DNA of 64,000 nt from Setoptus koraiensis. Its lineage: Eukaryota > Animalia > Arthropoda. Location of the stretch: positions 558,001 through 622,000 of the forward strand of contig CM106586.1 of NCBI GenBank assembly GCA_048013815.1, given 5' to 3'. The notes under the pieces are model-generated. The model saw only the letters and a list, made by a program, of their open reading frames with translations, did not search any database and was not told where the DNA came from. The translations under genes and the position numbers were made by a program. Shown piece by piece: positions 24,871-37,874 of this stretch (positions within the stretch are counted from its first letter, which is position 1; the number at the start of each line of letters is the position of its first letter).

Positions 24871-25369
24871 ATGAGGTCAACTGGAGAACAACCAATGGCC
24901 TCATTGTTCTTCCTGGCATAAAGCTGCTTAAAATGGAGTGCGGGCCCAATTTAAAGCCATCCGAATACATTGGTCGTGATGGAAAGATCCAAGTGTTCCA
25001 TCGAATAGGAGCCGAGCCCGATTTTTTTTCAAACTCGACACCTAGGCCCCAAAGGGGCCCCAAAGAACATTCTCGATAGTCCGTAAGTGCAGGAATTCCT
25101 ACTTCTGGAGATTTGAAAAAACCTGAATTTCGGGCCCCAGAAGGGCTTCAAACCAGAAACTTTTGCACGATAGTCCATAATCTAATATCACCTTGATGTT
25201 AGAGTGAGAATTCCCAATATACGTCTACTCAATCGTTGGAAATTCATTGTTGACTACATTCGGCACTTCCGGTTTCGGAAAGTGTTCGAAATCGCACGAG
25301 CCTCAGTTCAACGGGAACGCATACCCGCTATTGGAGATGTTCCGGTTTGTGACGATCACATGTCCGAAG

Positions 25370-25750
25370 GCCGGTGTTGAAAGATCGAACAAACAAAGAA
25401 GTAATAACTCATCCATTAGAAATTCGAACGATACATCTAGTGAATTAAATTGTTTCAATTGTCGAAGAAAAGGACATATTGCAAAAAATTGTAGATTACC
25501 ACGTGCGGAGTCTACTACTACTCAAGAGAGATAATTTCATCAAAGATCTAACAATGTGCAGAGAAGAGTTGATGATTTAGAGGAGACAGAAAAAAAATCA
25601 GAAGATGATGAAGTAGTTCATGCAGTGATACAACCGGTGGATCGACTACTCTACGCTGATTTTGAACTTAATTATCACCAAACAACTTGCATAGTCAATA
25701 CGGGGGCCTCGGTGTCATGTATCGATGCCGAATATTCGAAAAATTTAGGT
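25370..25750 (+). pseudogene. Degenerate gag zinc knuckle and protease fragment
   Basis: CFNCRRKGHIAKNC; IVNTGASVSCID (D to N); stop between them. Confidence 0.8.
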
Positions 25751-26400
25751 TCTTCTTCTTCCTGGAGCTCCTAGGTGCATTCTACTTTCGGTATAGTGAC
25801 TTTGGTACACGACCCGATGTCATTGCTGGTGGGTGCGGCCAATTGTACCGTCAATATGCCTTCCATTACCCTGAAATACCCAAAATGCGGTACCCAGGGT
25901 ATCTCGGTAACGAAAAATTTACGCACTCCCGGAATACCCGTTCCGGTATCAGGGTATTATACTCTACCCAAAAATACCCAGTTATATTTGGGCTCCTGTC
26001 CGATGGAACAACGCGTTATTTTAATAGGGTGTTGTAGCGATTAGGTCCCCACTCGGAATCCGATGAAACTTAGGGTGTTGTAGCGATTAGGTCCCCACTC
26101 AGAATTCGATGAAACTTCACACGTGGGCCGCCCCGTAGGGGCCCTATATCACGAGTTGAGTAGTCCGGAAGTGCGGAAACTTCCGGTTCCGGGATTTCAA
26201 AAAGATCGGGATAGAGCTCTGAAATTCAGAATCAGGTAGATAACACATAGCGGAGAACGATGAAATCAAAATTAATCTCGCATCACTTCCGGTTCAAGAG
26301 ATATCAAGGTTTATTTGATTGAGAGGTGTGGCCGGGTCTGTGCGGATGCGGTCAGCGGACCCATTCGGTGCATAGAGTGAGCAGCACCATGTATTGGGTC
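25750..26400. mobile_element. MITE fragments, including a tandemly duplicated 46-bp terminal segment
   Basis: GGGTGTTGTAGCGATTAGGTCCCCACTC at both 26027 and 26073; followed by a type B Helentron 3' end at 26428-26468. Confidence 0.7.
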
Positions 26401-26468
26401 ATATATTAGTCATCACATTGATATAATACAAGTAATACTGATCAAATCAGTATTTCGAGCGCTTAATT

Positions 26469-26968
26469 NNNNNNNNNNNNNNNNNNNNNNNNNNNNNNNN
26501 NNNNNNNNNNNNNNNNNNNNNNNNNNNNNNNNNNNNNNNNNNNNNNNNNNNNNNNNNNNNNNNNNNNNNNNNNNNNNNNNNNNNNNNNNNNNNNNNNNNN
26601 NNNNNNNNNNNNNNNNNNNNNNNNNNNNNNNNNNNNNNNNNNNNNNNNNNNNNNNNNNNNNNNNNNNNNNNNNNNNNNNNNNNNNNNNNNNNNNNNNNNN
26701 NNNNNNNNNNNNNNNNNNNNNNNNNNNNNNNNNNNNNNNNNNNNNNNNNNNNNNNNNNNNNNNNNNNNNNNNNNNNNNNNNNNNNNNNNNNNNNNNNNNN
26801 NNNNNNNNNNNNNNNNNNNNNNNNNNNNNNNNNNNNNNNNNNNNNNNNNNNNNNNNNNNNNNNNNNNNNNNNNNNNNNNNNNNNNNNNNNNNNNNNNNNN
26901 NNNNNNNNNNNNNNNNNNNNNNNNNNNNNNNNNNNNNNNNNNNNNNNNNNNNNNNNNNNNNNNNNNNN
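26469..26968. other. Assembly gap (500 N)
   Basis: Run of N. Confidence 1.
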
Positions 26969-27938
26969 TCAGTTGAATTTAGCTTCATAGAGCTTCCAGA
27001 CCTCCAGATAATAAACTTCGACTCCATGAACCACTTCTGGTCTACGTGATAGTAGTCTTATCGAACATAGCACGACTCTCCGTGTGTCGGGCACGCATTC
27101 GCATTGTTTCTGGTGTCCGGATGTGTGACAATTACTCGGCCGAAGGCCGGGGTTGTCGGTTCGAGCGAGGGTTGAGGGCGAAGCCCTCAACCCGAGGCGA
27201 GGCAAGCTCGCGAGGCCGAAGGCCGAGTCGGTAAAGATCGAAAGAGGGTCCAGTATAGATGGAAGGTTGAGTAACGAAGTAAATCAGTGAAAAGTGGGGA
27301 CATATCCCTTTATTCTAATCTCATCTTCTGTATCAGAGCTGCGAATGGGTCGACCTCTCTTCTTGCACGCGCTAGGACTCTGTGGGTGGTCTCACTAACT
27401 GCGGGCGCAGTTTCACTCCGCGCCGCACTCAACGGTCACGCCTCTTCGGTTTGACTGCATTCTTCCTCTTTCCCGAGCTTCTGGGTATCATCTACCCTCG
27501 GCACAGAGACGCGAGTACCCTACCCGATGTCCGCGCAGGTGGGTATCGCCGATTGAACCGTCAATATGCCCTCAAATACCCCGAAATACCCAGAATGCGG
27601 TACCCCGGGTATCTCGGTAACGAAGAATTTCCGCACTTCCGGAATACCCATTCGGGTATCAGGGCACTATACCCTACCCAAAAATACCCAAAATACCCAA
27701 ATTGGGCGTGGCTCCTATTCGATGGTACAACCAAAGATTGCACGAGTGCAATATAAGTCGCTCTATATTTGCGCGTTCAAGTGTTGCGCGCGCTAAGCAA
27801 CACTGATCTACTCAACTGTTGCGCAAGCGCAACTAGCGCTGCCAAAGACAGACACTCGTTGCGACACTCGTCGCGTTCAACTGTGCAACAAATATCACTC
27901 TAGCTTCACTCACTATCGCGGTATTGCACGCGCAAGTC

Positions 27939-28123
27939 CAACAATTGTTATCAACGTTATTCCAAATATTTATCAAGACTGCCAACAATTGTTAGCAACG
28001 TTGTTCCAAATTTTTATCAAGACTGCCGACAATTATTATCAACGTTATTCCGAATATTTATCAAGACTGCCAACAATTATTATCATCGTTAATCCAAATA
28101 TTTATCAAGGCTGCCAACAATTG
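27939..28123. repeat. 44-bp tandem repeat, about 4.2 copies
   Basis: CAACAATTGTTATCAACGTTATTCCAAATATTTATCAAGACTGC units at 27939, 27983, 28027, 28071, 28115. Confidence 0.9.
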
Positions 28124-28540
28124 GAGTATTGTATCTAAGAGCGCCACACTTTTAAATCAATGAAACTCCACACATGGGGCCCGCAGGGCCCCATAAATAC
28201 GTTTAGAGTGGTCCGGAAGTGCGGAAACTTCCGGTTCCGGTTTTACACAAACTTCGAGATACGAGCTTGAAACTTAATATACTGTAGGATACAAATGTTA
28301 CAAATTCAATGTCATCTAATTCAGGTTCGTACAACTTCCGGTTCTCGAAATATCTTTACAAAGCGGTCTTTCTTCCACTCTGGGATGTCAGCTAGCATTC
28401 GTTCGGATCAGCTGACTGTCAGATCCGGCGAAGATTCATACTAAGTCATCGAAGCCTGTTGCGCAGGTCTCAAACTCACAGTAGTGTTTTATATTTTGAC
28501 ATTACAGAGTACTGCGCATGGGCAACATCCCTGAGATTGA

Positions 28541-30906
28541 AACAAGTGATACTGATTCTATCAGTACCTCGAGCGCTTAATTTTTTGGATAGACGAGTAT
28601 CGTTGGAATATGGATGCGAGTATGTGACAACATGCCGGAGATAATCATCTATGCCTGACGATCAGAGTAGCCGAAAAGATGACAGAATGGATACAAGTTC
28701 TCCCAATTTCTATCGCAGCATGATACACATGTCGATTGCTTGCGTATGGAATTTAGTAAGATTCTAATAGTCAGTTTCGCCGCAATGAGTAATTAAGTTG
28801 GACACACCAATTAGTCAATGGCGCACACTTTGTTATAGTGCATCAATTTTGAATCTCGAAGTTCGTAATGTGACCATCGAACTTCGAATTGTCACCAGCG
28901 AACTTTGAATTGTGACCATCGAACTCTGTACGAGCACTTGGAACTAGTATCGGAAATTCGAATTTTCAATTTCGGATTTCGAAGTTCGAATTGTCACCAG
29001 CGAACTTCGAATTGTCACCAGCGAACTTCGAATTGTGACCATCGAACTCTGTACAAGCACTTGGAACTCCAAATTTCTTTCGCAGCATGATTCACATGTT
29101 GATTGCATGCGTACGGATTTTGGTAAGATTCTAATGGTCAGTTTCGCCACAATGAGTAATTTAGTTAGACACACCAATTAGTCAATGGCGCACACTTAGT
29201 TATTGTGCATCAATTTCGAATATCGAAGTTCGAATTGTGACCATCGAACCTCGGACATCGAACTCTGACCGTCGAACATCGAACGAGCAGACGAAACTAT
29301 CATTAGGAATTAGAATTTTCAATTTAGAATTTCGAATTTCGAATTTCGAAGTTTGAAGTTTGAAGTTCGAAGTTCGAAGTTCGAAATTCGAATTGTGACC
29401 ATCGAACTCTGACCAGCGAACTCTGACTATCAAACATCGACAGAGCAGACGAAACTATCATAAGAAATTCGGGGTGTTCTTGCGAAGTGGGCACCCATCA
29501 GATCACTACGAAACTCACCATGTGGGTACTCTAGAGGCCCTTGATGACGATTCTTCTAGACCGGAAGTGTAGAAATTACTCCTTCCGGTTTCAGCTTCAA
29601 CTTCGAGCTAGAGACATGAAACTTGGTATGCAGCAGACTACATTCATTCTCAGTACAATGTAGTCCATTTCATGCCTGTGCGACTTCCGGATCCAGAGAT
29701 ATTCAGGTAAAACCGCGCGGGTATTCCGCCCGGGACGAAATATTCGCGCGCACGAGAAAATACGTGCGCCGAGAGGCTCAGACATGTCGCCACACAAGTC
29801 GTCGAAGCGCTTGAATCATGTTCCGAGGCTTTCAACTTTTCTTCTTGTCTCTTACTCTCGCCTATGGTTTGCAGTCATGTGAGCGGAGGGTAGAGGGCGC
29901 AGCCCGATACCCGAAGCGCTCATCAACCCTACCCGAAGGGTTCCCGTCGCACGCAGTCGTCGCGGGAGCGACGACGGAGATGTGACGGCCTCCAGATTAC
30001 GAGGCCGCAGGCCGAGTTCTCAGACCCATCACAGGTGCGGTCCCGAGTGTGGTATCTACCTTGGTGATAATATTCATGAATCTCGCTAAAAATGAATTTC
30101 GCGTGCGCCGGGGATTGACGGGTGAGCATGGGTACCCCGGGTACCGCGCGCCACCCGCAACGGTCATGCCGCACTCATGCAGTTGTGATTATTACCCTCG
30201 CGCAGCCTATTACTAACTCGCATACCCGAAATACCCGGGTAAACCCTGGTATCGCACATCGGGTTCATTTTAACACTTCCGGTATACGACTACTGAGTTC
30301 AAAATACTCGACTGTACCTTGCTGTAACAAAATTATCTTCAAAAAAAGAAGTGGGAACCGCTAGCGGTCGTCGGGTATCACAAAACGCCCACTGTGCGGT
30401 ACCTCGGGTACCCCGGAAACCGTAAGTTTCTACATCTTATAAATACCCAATCTGGTATCAGGGTACTATACCCTACCCAAAAATACCCAAAATACCCCAA
30501 TCTGATGGGTGCCCACTTCGCAAGTATAACCGAAATTCGAATTTTCAATTTTCGAATTTTGAAGTTCGAATTGTTACCATCGAACATCGAACTCTGACCG
30601 TCGAACATCGAACGAGCAGCTGTAACTATCATTAGGAATTCGAATTTTCAATTTTGAAGTTCGATTTGTCACCACCGAACTGCGCACAAATGTGACCTAG
30701 TCAAATCTCCATAGAATTGCATACGAAATATTTTCGAGTGAAGTGATAATAGACCAAGTCGAATCTACATCGGAATACATGTGTAATGTCTAGCAGGATT
30801 CTCACAAATTTGACTAAGTCAAACCTCCATAGGATTACATAGTCACGTGAATAAACGTATCCAACATCACTACCCCAGTAGCTACTTAATTAAAATTAAG
30901 CGCTAA
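28541..30906 (-). mobile_element. Complete non-autonomous Helentron (type B 5', type D 3') interrupted by a MITE
   Basis: 3' terminus at 28541-28586, 5' terminus at 30880-30906; TCGAA satellite rejoins across 29472-30531. Confidence 0.85.
29472..30531. mobile_element. MITE with perfect 8-bp TSD GAAATTCG
   Basis: GGGTGTTCTTGCGAAGTGGGCACCCATCAGAT ... ATCTGATGGGTGCCCACTTCGCAAGTATAACC. Confidence 0.92.
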
Positions 30907-31018
30907 TAATTAAAATTAAGCGCTAATAATTAAAATTAAGCGCTAATAATTAAAATTAAGCGCTAATAATTAAAATTAAGCGCTAATAATTAAAATTAAG
31001 CGCTCAAAATTAAGCGCT
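30885..31018 (-). repeat. Tandem array of the Helentron 5' terminal 20-mer
   Basis: True terminus + 5 x AATAATTAAAATTAAGCGCT + CAAAATTAAGCGCT; a further 5' stub follows at about 31020-31108. Confidence 0.95.
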
Positions 31019-31108
31019 CAAAATAGCACTGATTTGTTTTGTCACGTGAATAAACCTAGTCATAATCACCACCCCAATAGCAACTTAATTAAAATTAAGC
31101 GCTAAAAA

Positions 31109-32225
31109 CTTAGCAACCGTGGGACCGTCTGGTGTTCCCGTGGCACGCGCTTGGACAAATCGTGCGAAGACATCAACGGCCATTAAAATGTGAGTTTTGC
31201 CGTTTTTCGCGTTAATAGGGTGCAATAGCCCTTGACAGTTTGTCGTCGTTATTTTCCTGCGCTGGCATTGCTCACAACCGCCTATAGCCTTAGTTATCGA
31301 CTCTTCCATTTTAGGCCAGAAGTATTTTTCTCGGAGTATTTGCATGGTTTTTTCTACTCCGGGATGTTCATTAAACGGGCTGCCATGAATGTAATTTATG
31401 ACTTTTTCTATTCGTGCAGCTGGCACAACAATTTATTTGTCAGCCGTATAAATGATATCATTGATAACTTTATATCTATCGTCACCAAAATTTATGGCCT
31501 CTCTAATGGCTTTCAACTGACCATCCTCGTTCACGTCATCTGCCCATTGCTCTGGGTCTTTCGGAACTATCATCAAACAGGGAAACATGCATCTTTCAGG
31601 AACGTTGAAGGGCTCCACAGGGGCCCTAGATAGGCAATCAACGTCCAGATGCTCTTTCCCAGACTTAGAGATGATCTTTAAGTTGTATTCTGACAGCTGC
31701 ACGGCCCAGTTGGCGACTCGCCGTTGCAGCTCCTTTTTAACGTTGATGGCACATAATGCGCAATGATCCTTATGAATGGAAACTTCTTTGCCCACTATAT
31801 ATGGACGAAACTTGCTTACGCCAAACACAATCGCCAGCGCATCCAGCTCTGTCACGGGGTACCGCGACTCGGCGTCGGACAGACGTCTGCTTGCGCTGGC
31901 AATGATCCTATCACGTCCATCTGAGCCTTTTTGTAACAAGATTGCTCCAATACCCACGCGACTTGCGTCGGTCTTTAATGACGTTTCCGCCTGAAAGTCG
32001 TAATGGCCAATGCCTTCCGACGTCAGGAGAAGATTTATGAGGTCGTTAAAGGCTGTTTCCTCTTTCTCAGACCAGACCCAAACCTGGCCCTTCTTCGTGA
32101 GATCTGCTAATGGGCCACTAACTTGGGCGAAATTCGGCATGAACCGCCTGTAGTAGCCCATAGCACCTAAGAATCTCCTCACGTCAGACACGTTCTCGGG
32201 TCGGGGCAGATTCTTAATCGATCGA
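31109..32225 (-). pseudogene. pol: Gypsy pol fragment from a different family (RT thumb, RNase H, integrase zinc finger and core start, with deletions)
   Basis: LKTDASRVGIGAILLQ; HGSPFNEHPG..CEQC; AVDVFARF. Confidence 0.88.
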
Positions 32226-32981
32226 TGCATCGGATGATGTCAACCGACATCACATATTAGGCGTTACAGCTATAACGCAAGACAATAAGATTTATCTTCT
32301 CTCACTGATCGACGATTCAACGAATTCGGCAACTGGTTCACGGATAGCCGAAATGGTCAAAAAAAGTATAGAGGAATTCATGACACCATCAAAAGTACTG
32401 GCTGTTGTGTCGGATGAAGCTGCGAATTGTAGATCAGCGCGTAGAATAAACCTCTAAAGGTAAGGACTCAGGACTTGGTAAATTACATTAATGGAAACAC
32501 AATTTTGAGAGCGACCCTGGACAAAGTGAACGGATTTACCCGTTTGGTTTAGGAATCATCCACCCAAGGGTACTCAACTCGACTGAAGATAATGAGTTTA
32601 TTGAAGAATCGCATTCATATTGAGTCAGTGTTGTTTAAGAGAGGTGATCTGTTCAACTCTGTTTTCAGCGATCTAATCAAGGATCTCAATTTTTGGATGA
32701 ATCTACAAGAGATCTCAGCAGCATACGAGCCGCTGCGTTAATTGACGAGATGCGAAACTTTCAAAAGCATTCGTAAAGATGATACAGTACGGCCTACACC
32801 TATATCGATCTTCAACTAAAACATTTCGTCCGCAAATTTTCGAAGCCTTTCTCACTCACTTCAAGAAGATAGACTTGGATTTGCTGCTGACATGTTATGC
32901 TTGCGATCTTTCATGCAGCTTGGATTTGCTAACGGAATGTGCGAGAGAAAGGGTGGATTTCAAAATTATTGATATAGCCAA
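32222..32981 (+). pseudogene. hAT transposase (DUF659-like) fragment, catalytic region
   Basis: DASDDVNRHHILGV..VLAVVSDEAANCRSAR; FWMNLQEISAAYEPL. Confidence 0.75.
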
Positions 32982-33922
32982 AACAAGCCTCGAGCGCTTA
33001 ATTTTTTGGATAGACGAGTATCGTTGGAATATGGATGCGAGTATGTGACAACATGTCGGAGATGATCATCTATGCCTATCGATCAGAGTAGCCGAAAAGA
33101 TGACAGAATGAATACAATTTCGAAATTCGAATACCAATTCGAATTTCGAAGTTCGAATTGTGACCATCAAATTCTGACCATCTAACTGAGAACTGTGACC
33201 ATCGAACATCGAACGTGAAACTATCATTGGGAATTCAGATTTTCAATTTTCGAATTTCGAAGTTCGAATTATGACGATCGAACTATGACCATCGAACTCC
33301 GACAATGCAGCCGAAACTATCATTAGGAATTCGAATTTTCAATTTTCGAATTTCGAAGTTCGAATTGCGACCATCGAATTGTGACCACCGAACTCTGACC
33401 ATCGAACATCGAACGAGCAGATGAAACTATCATTAGGAATTCGAATTTTCAATTTTCGAATTTCGAATTCCGAATTTCGAAATTCGAAGTTCGAATTGTG
33501 ACCATCGAACATCGAACGAGCGGCTGTCACTCTTATCAGAAATCTGAATTTTCAATTTCGAAGTTCGAAGTTCGAATTGCGACCATCGAATTGTGACCAC
33601 CGGACTCTGACCATCGAACATCGAACGAGCAGATGAAATTCTTATAAGAAATCCGAATTTTCAATTTTGAAGTTCAATTTGTCACCACCGAACTCCGCAC
33701 AAATGTGACCTAGTCAAATCTCCATAGGATTGCATACAAAATATTTTCGAGTGAAGCGATAATAGACCAAGTCGAATCTACATAGGAATACATGTGTTAT
33801 GTCTAGCAGGATTCTCACAAATTTGACTAAGTCAAACCTCCATAGGATTACATAGTCACGTGATTAAACGTATCCATCATCACTACCCCAGTAGCTACTT
33901 AATTAAAATTAAGCGCTAAAAA
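32982..33922 (-). mobile_element. Non-autonomous Helentron (type B 5', type D 3' lacking the hairpin) inserted in a hAT transposase
   Basis: AACAAG-CCTCG-AGCGCTTAATT at the left, CTTAATTAAAATTAAGCGCT-AAAAA at the right. Confidence 0.85.
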
Positions 33923-34458
33923 TGGGAGCGAATGAGAAGGAGTGTTTTGCATCCATAGATGAGCATAAAATATACAGAGCCCAACGTGGAAAGTATACTT
34001 TGACTTCCAATGAGGAGAAGAGGTCAAAGTTCAAAGAGATCGCGCGCAGAATGGCTCAGCTTCGTCCGTCTTCTGCGAATACCGAGCGTTTATTCTCATC
34101 GCTAAAACACGTGCAAACGGACAAGAAATCACGCATGTCCATTGCAACGCTTGAGGAGCTGATGCGGATAAGAATTGAGGATAAGAACACGAAGACTGGC
34201 ATGAAACAAAAAGTTGCTGAAGACGATAGCTGCAGTAGTTCTGAAGACGAAATAGTTGCTGAAAATCCAGCACTGGCACCAGCATCATCGATGACAGATG
34301 ATAATGAACGCAGCTATTTCCTACAATATATTGTTGCCGATCAACCAGCTGCTGGCTCGTCTTCCTCTTCCCAAGATGGCGGTAGCCAAGACATGTCCTC
34401 CCAGCAACAATATGAAAAATACCGTAGAGCGCGCCAAGAAAGTCGATCAAATAAATAA
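33923..34458 (+). pseudogene. hAT transposase C-terminal dimerisation domain plus acidic tail
   Basis: KEIARRMAQLRPSSANTERLFSSLKHVQTDKKSRMSIATLEELMRIR (P.SSA..ER.FS motif). Confidence 0.85.
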
Positions 34459-35189
34459 ACCTCTTATCTGTCTGTTCAAATTAAATAAACTCTGAATCGA
34501 TCTTTGATGGATCGTTGAATTAAACACGCGTCTAAAAACAAAGGATTTGTCTCGCTGAGGTAAACATTTTGAGATAGGTTAATCCCCTTTGTTCTCGAGG
34601 CGCGTTTCGATAGACAAAGGGGATTAACTGCGATGAACACGTGTCCTAGACAAAGACGCGTGTTCATCGCAGACAGGTCAACCTTTCTAGACAAAGGTCA
34701 ACCAATTTGAAATCTCGCAGTTCATGTTCAGCCAGCCAACTATCAACATCGTTCAACTTAATACCACCGTCATTCTAATGACCATCGCAATCATTCAAGC
34801 ATTCAGAATGTCGGACCAACCAGAAGACCAACAGCTGATAAAACTTATGAGACATCTTGGTGTGAACTCAAACGAGTATAAACACATGTTTATTAAGCCG
34901 AAGCCAAGATTTACAATACCAGGCGATTTGCAGTTTCAGAAACACACGGAGAACGAATCTTTATGGAAGAATTTGACGAGCTACTTGAGTATTTATTGGC
35001 TAGCAACAAGGATGAAAATGAAATTAGTGAGATCATAGACAATTTTCTGGATCCAGCGCCCTGGCGCAACATATATCAAGAACTGACATAAAAAAGGATT
35101 TATTGTTCATTAGAAAATTACATAGATTTTTACATGTAGAATAAAAAGAAACAAATGCTAGCATTTTCGTATTAAAAAAGCAAATTCCA

Positions 35190-35330
35190 CTCTATCACCA
35201 GGATAAATTCTTGAAAAACTTTCTAGAGACAGCTAGCACTTATCACTTCTTAATAAACTGTCCAAACCTCTAAGATTGTTCACTGGAAAAATTAAGCGCT
35301 CTTATACTGGTATAATCAGTATAACTTGTT
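35190..35330 (+). mobile_element. 3' terminal stub of type A Helentron
   Basis: Nearly identical to 3865-3999. Confidence 0.85.
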
Positions 35331-36020
35331 TACGGTGAGAACATGTTCAAAAATCGCAGTATTCATATCGACTTGGGCGTTCGAAAAATTTCTCTGCAGG
35401 GTGAACGGGCAAGTGCACGCTGATGAGACTTGCTATGGCTGTTGATGATAGTAAGCAGCACGAATGTAGAAAAAACTAGCAATTTTTTACGGTGAGAACA
35501 TGTTCAAAAATCGCAGTATTCATATCGACTTGGGCGTTCGAAAAATTTCTCTGCAGGGTGAACGGGCAAGTGCACGCTGATGAGACTTGCTATGGCTGTT
35601 GATGATAGTAAGCAGCACGAATGTAGAAAAAACTAGCAATTTTTTACGGTGAGAACATGTTCAAAAATCGCAGTATTCATATCGACTTGGGCGTTCGAAA
35701 AATTTCTCTGCAGGGTGAACGGGCAAGTGCACGCTGATGAGACTTGCTATGGTTGTTGATGATAGTAAGCAGCACGAATGTAGAAAAAACTAGCAATTTT
35801 TTACGGTGAGAACATGTTCAAAAATCACAGTATTCATATCGACTTGGGCGTTCGAAAAATTTCTCTGCAGGGTGAACGGGCAAGTGTACGCTGATGAGAC
35901 TTGCTATAGTTGTTGATGATAGTGAGCAGCACGAATGTAGAAAAAACTAGCGATTTCTTAAGGTGAGAACATGTTCAAAAATCGCAGTATTCATATCGAC
36001 TGGGGCGTTCGAAAAATTTC
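35331..36020. repeat. 157-bp tandem repeat, about 4.4 copies
   Basis: Unit starts at 35331, 35488, 35645, 35802, 35959; degenerate copy near 45075-45160. Confidence 0.95.
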
Positions 36021-36197
36021 AGACTCATCCGCTCGACGCAAGCCCACGATATTCACGTGGGTAGAACAAATTAGTGCTTTTTTCAACTAGAAAAAAATAG
36101 CACGGTGAAAGCTGTACTGTGAGAAATAAACTAGATAAATTTAGAACACTCAAAGCTTACAATGTTGATTAGTTGAATTTAGCACATATAATGCTAT

Positions 36198-37057
36198 GGG
36201 TGTTGTAGCGAATAGCGACCCAGTCAGATTTCGATGAAACTTTACACATCGGGCCCGTGGGGCCCCCTGACAACAGTTTGAGTGGTCCGAAAGTGCGGAA
36301 ACTTCCGGTTCCGGTTTTACAAAAACATTGAGATACAGATTTGAAACTCACTAGATAACTGAAACTGTGCATGCGGAATACGATCATGTCTATTTCAAGT
36401 CTGTACGACTTCCGGTTCACGAGATATTTGGTTAAAACTGCTGAGAGGGCGTCGACGGGACGAACTATCCGCGCGCCTGAATGAATTCGTGCGCTCAGAG
36501 GCTCATGCAATTTATCACACAAGCTGGCACAGCCTTTTTTCTGTGCCAAAAACATGTCTCCAGTTCGTTCTTTCACCTTCATTCCTGTGTGGATTGCAGT
36601 CACCTGAGCGGAGGGTAGAGGGCGCAGCCCGATACCCGAAGCGCTCATCAACCCTACCCGAAGGGTTCCCGTCGCACGCAGTCGTCGCGTGAGCGACGAC
36701 GGAGATGTGACGGCCTCCAGAATACGAGGCCGCAGGCCGAGTTTTCAGACCCATCGCATGTTCATCCCCGAGCGCAGCGAAGCAATAATTCGGTCACTTC
36801 CGGTCTTCAAACCCTTGTAATATCTCTATTTCTAGACAACCGGAAGTTGCAGAGAGCTGAATATTATTTCATCGTGTTCAGCGTAGCTTGAAACGTCTCT
36901 CTGGTGAATTTCGGAGCTCTATCTTTAACTTTATGTAAAACCGGAACCGGAAGTTTCCGCACTTTCGGACCAACTTTTCCGGTCTATTGGGGTCAAGAAG
37001 TACCCGTACCGGAAGTTTCACCAAAATCGGGGCGGGTCGCTATTCGCTACAACAACC
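36198..37057. mobile_element. MITE with perfect 8-bp TSD AATGCTAT, inserted in type C Helentron sequence
   Basis: GGGTGTTGTAGCGAATAGCGACCC ... GGGTCGCTATTCGCTACAACAACC. Confidence 0.92.
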
Positions 37058-37874
37058 AATGCTATGCGCGTTCACTCACTAGACGCGATTAGCACGCTCA
37101 AAGCTGAGATGCTAACTAGATGAATTTAGCACAGCAGAAGGCTAGCTGTCTACAATTCGGATTTAGTACACTGGAAGCTAGAGGTGTTGGAACTAGAAGA
37201 TTGTATAACAGTAGAAGCTACTCAGAATGACTACTGCTTCTCAGCACTGTTGATTCTAATGTAGATTGAACTAGACGAGAGTAACACGCTCAATGCTGCG
37301 ATGCTAACTAGATGAATTCACATAGTGGAAAATTGCGTCCTGGTGTATGTATTGAAATCATTAATTGTGGCAAAACTAACCGATGAAAATGCACCAATTT
37401 TTGCATGCAGGCAGCAGACATGTGTATCTAACTATGGTGAAAATTTGAGAAACCTGGATCTAGTTTGTGATACTCTTTAGATGGTATGAAACGACCAAAC
37501 GATCAATTTGAGTAGCACACCGCACATGGAGCGCGCGCTATAGCACATTGTGCGCCATTGCGTCCTGGTGTATGTATTTAAATTAATTATCGTGGCCAAA
37601 GACGCATAATTCGGTCATTTTACGTAATAGCTGAGAAAATGTCAGATCACTGCACCCACGCGTATAATTAACCTTGTATTGTATCCGGTAGATATAAATC
37701 ATCCGTAAAACTAGAGGTTTGACGTCTTCCAACATTGGATATCCAAAGAGGAGGCAAAAAGCTTGTCATATACGCCCCCGAATTTTCCATCGATACTCGT
37801 CCACTCAAAAAATTAAGCGCTCGAAATACTGATTTGATCAGTATTACTTGTTTCTTTCGAAAATGAATTAAACA

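Noticed and set aside
34724-35038. 104-aa ORF, and the 77-aa ORF at 43600..43833
   Set aside because: No recognisable motif, homologue or second copy in the window
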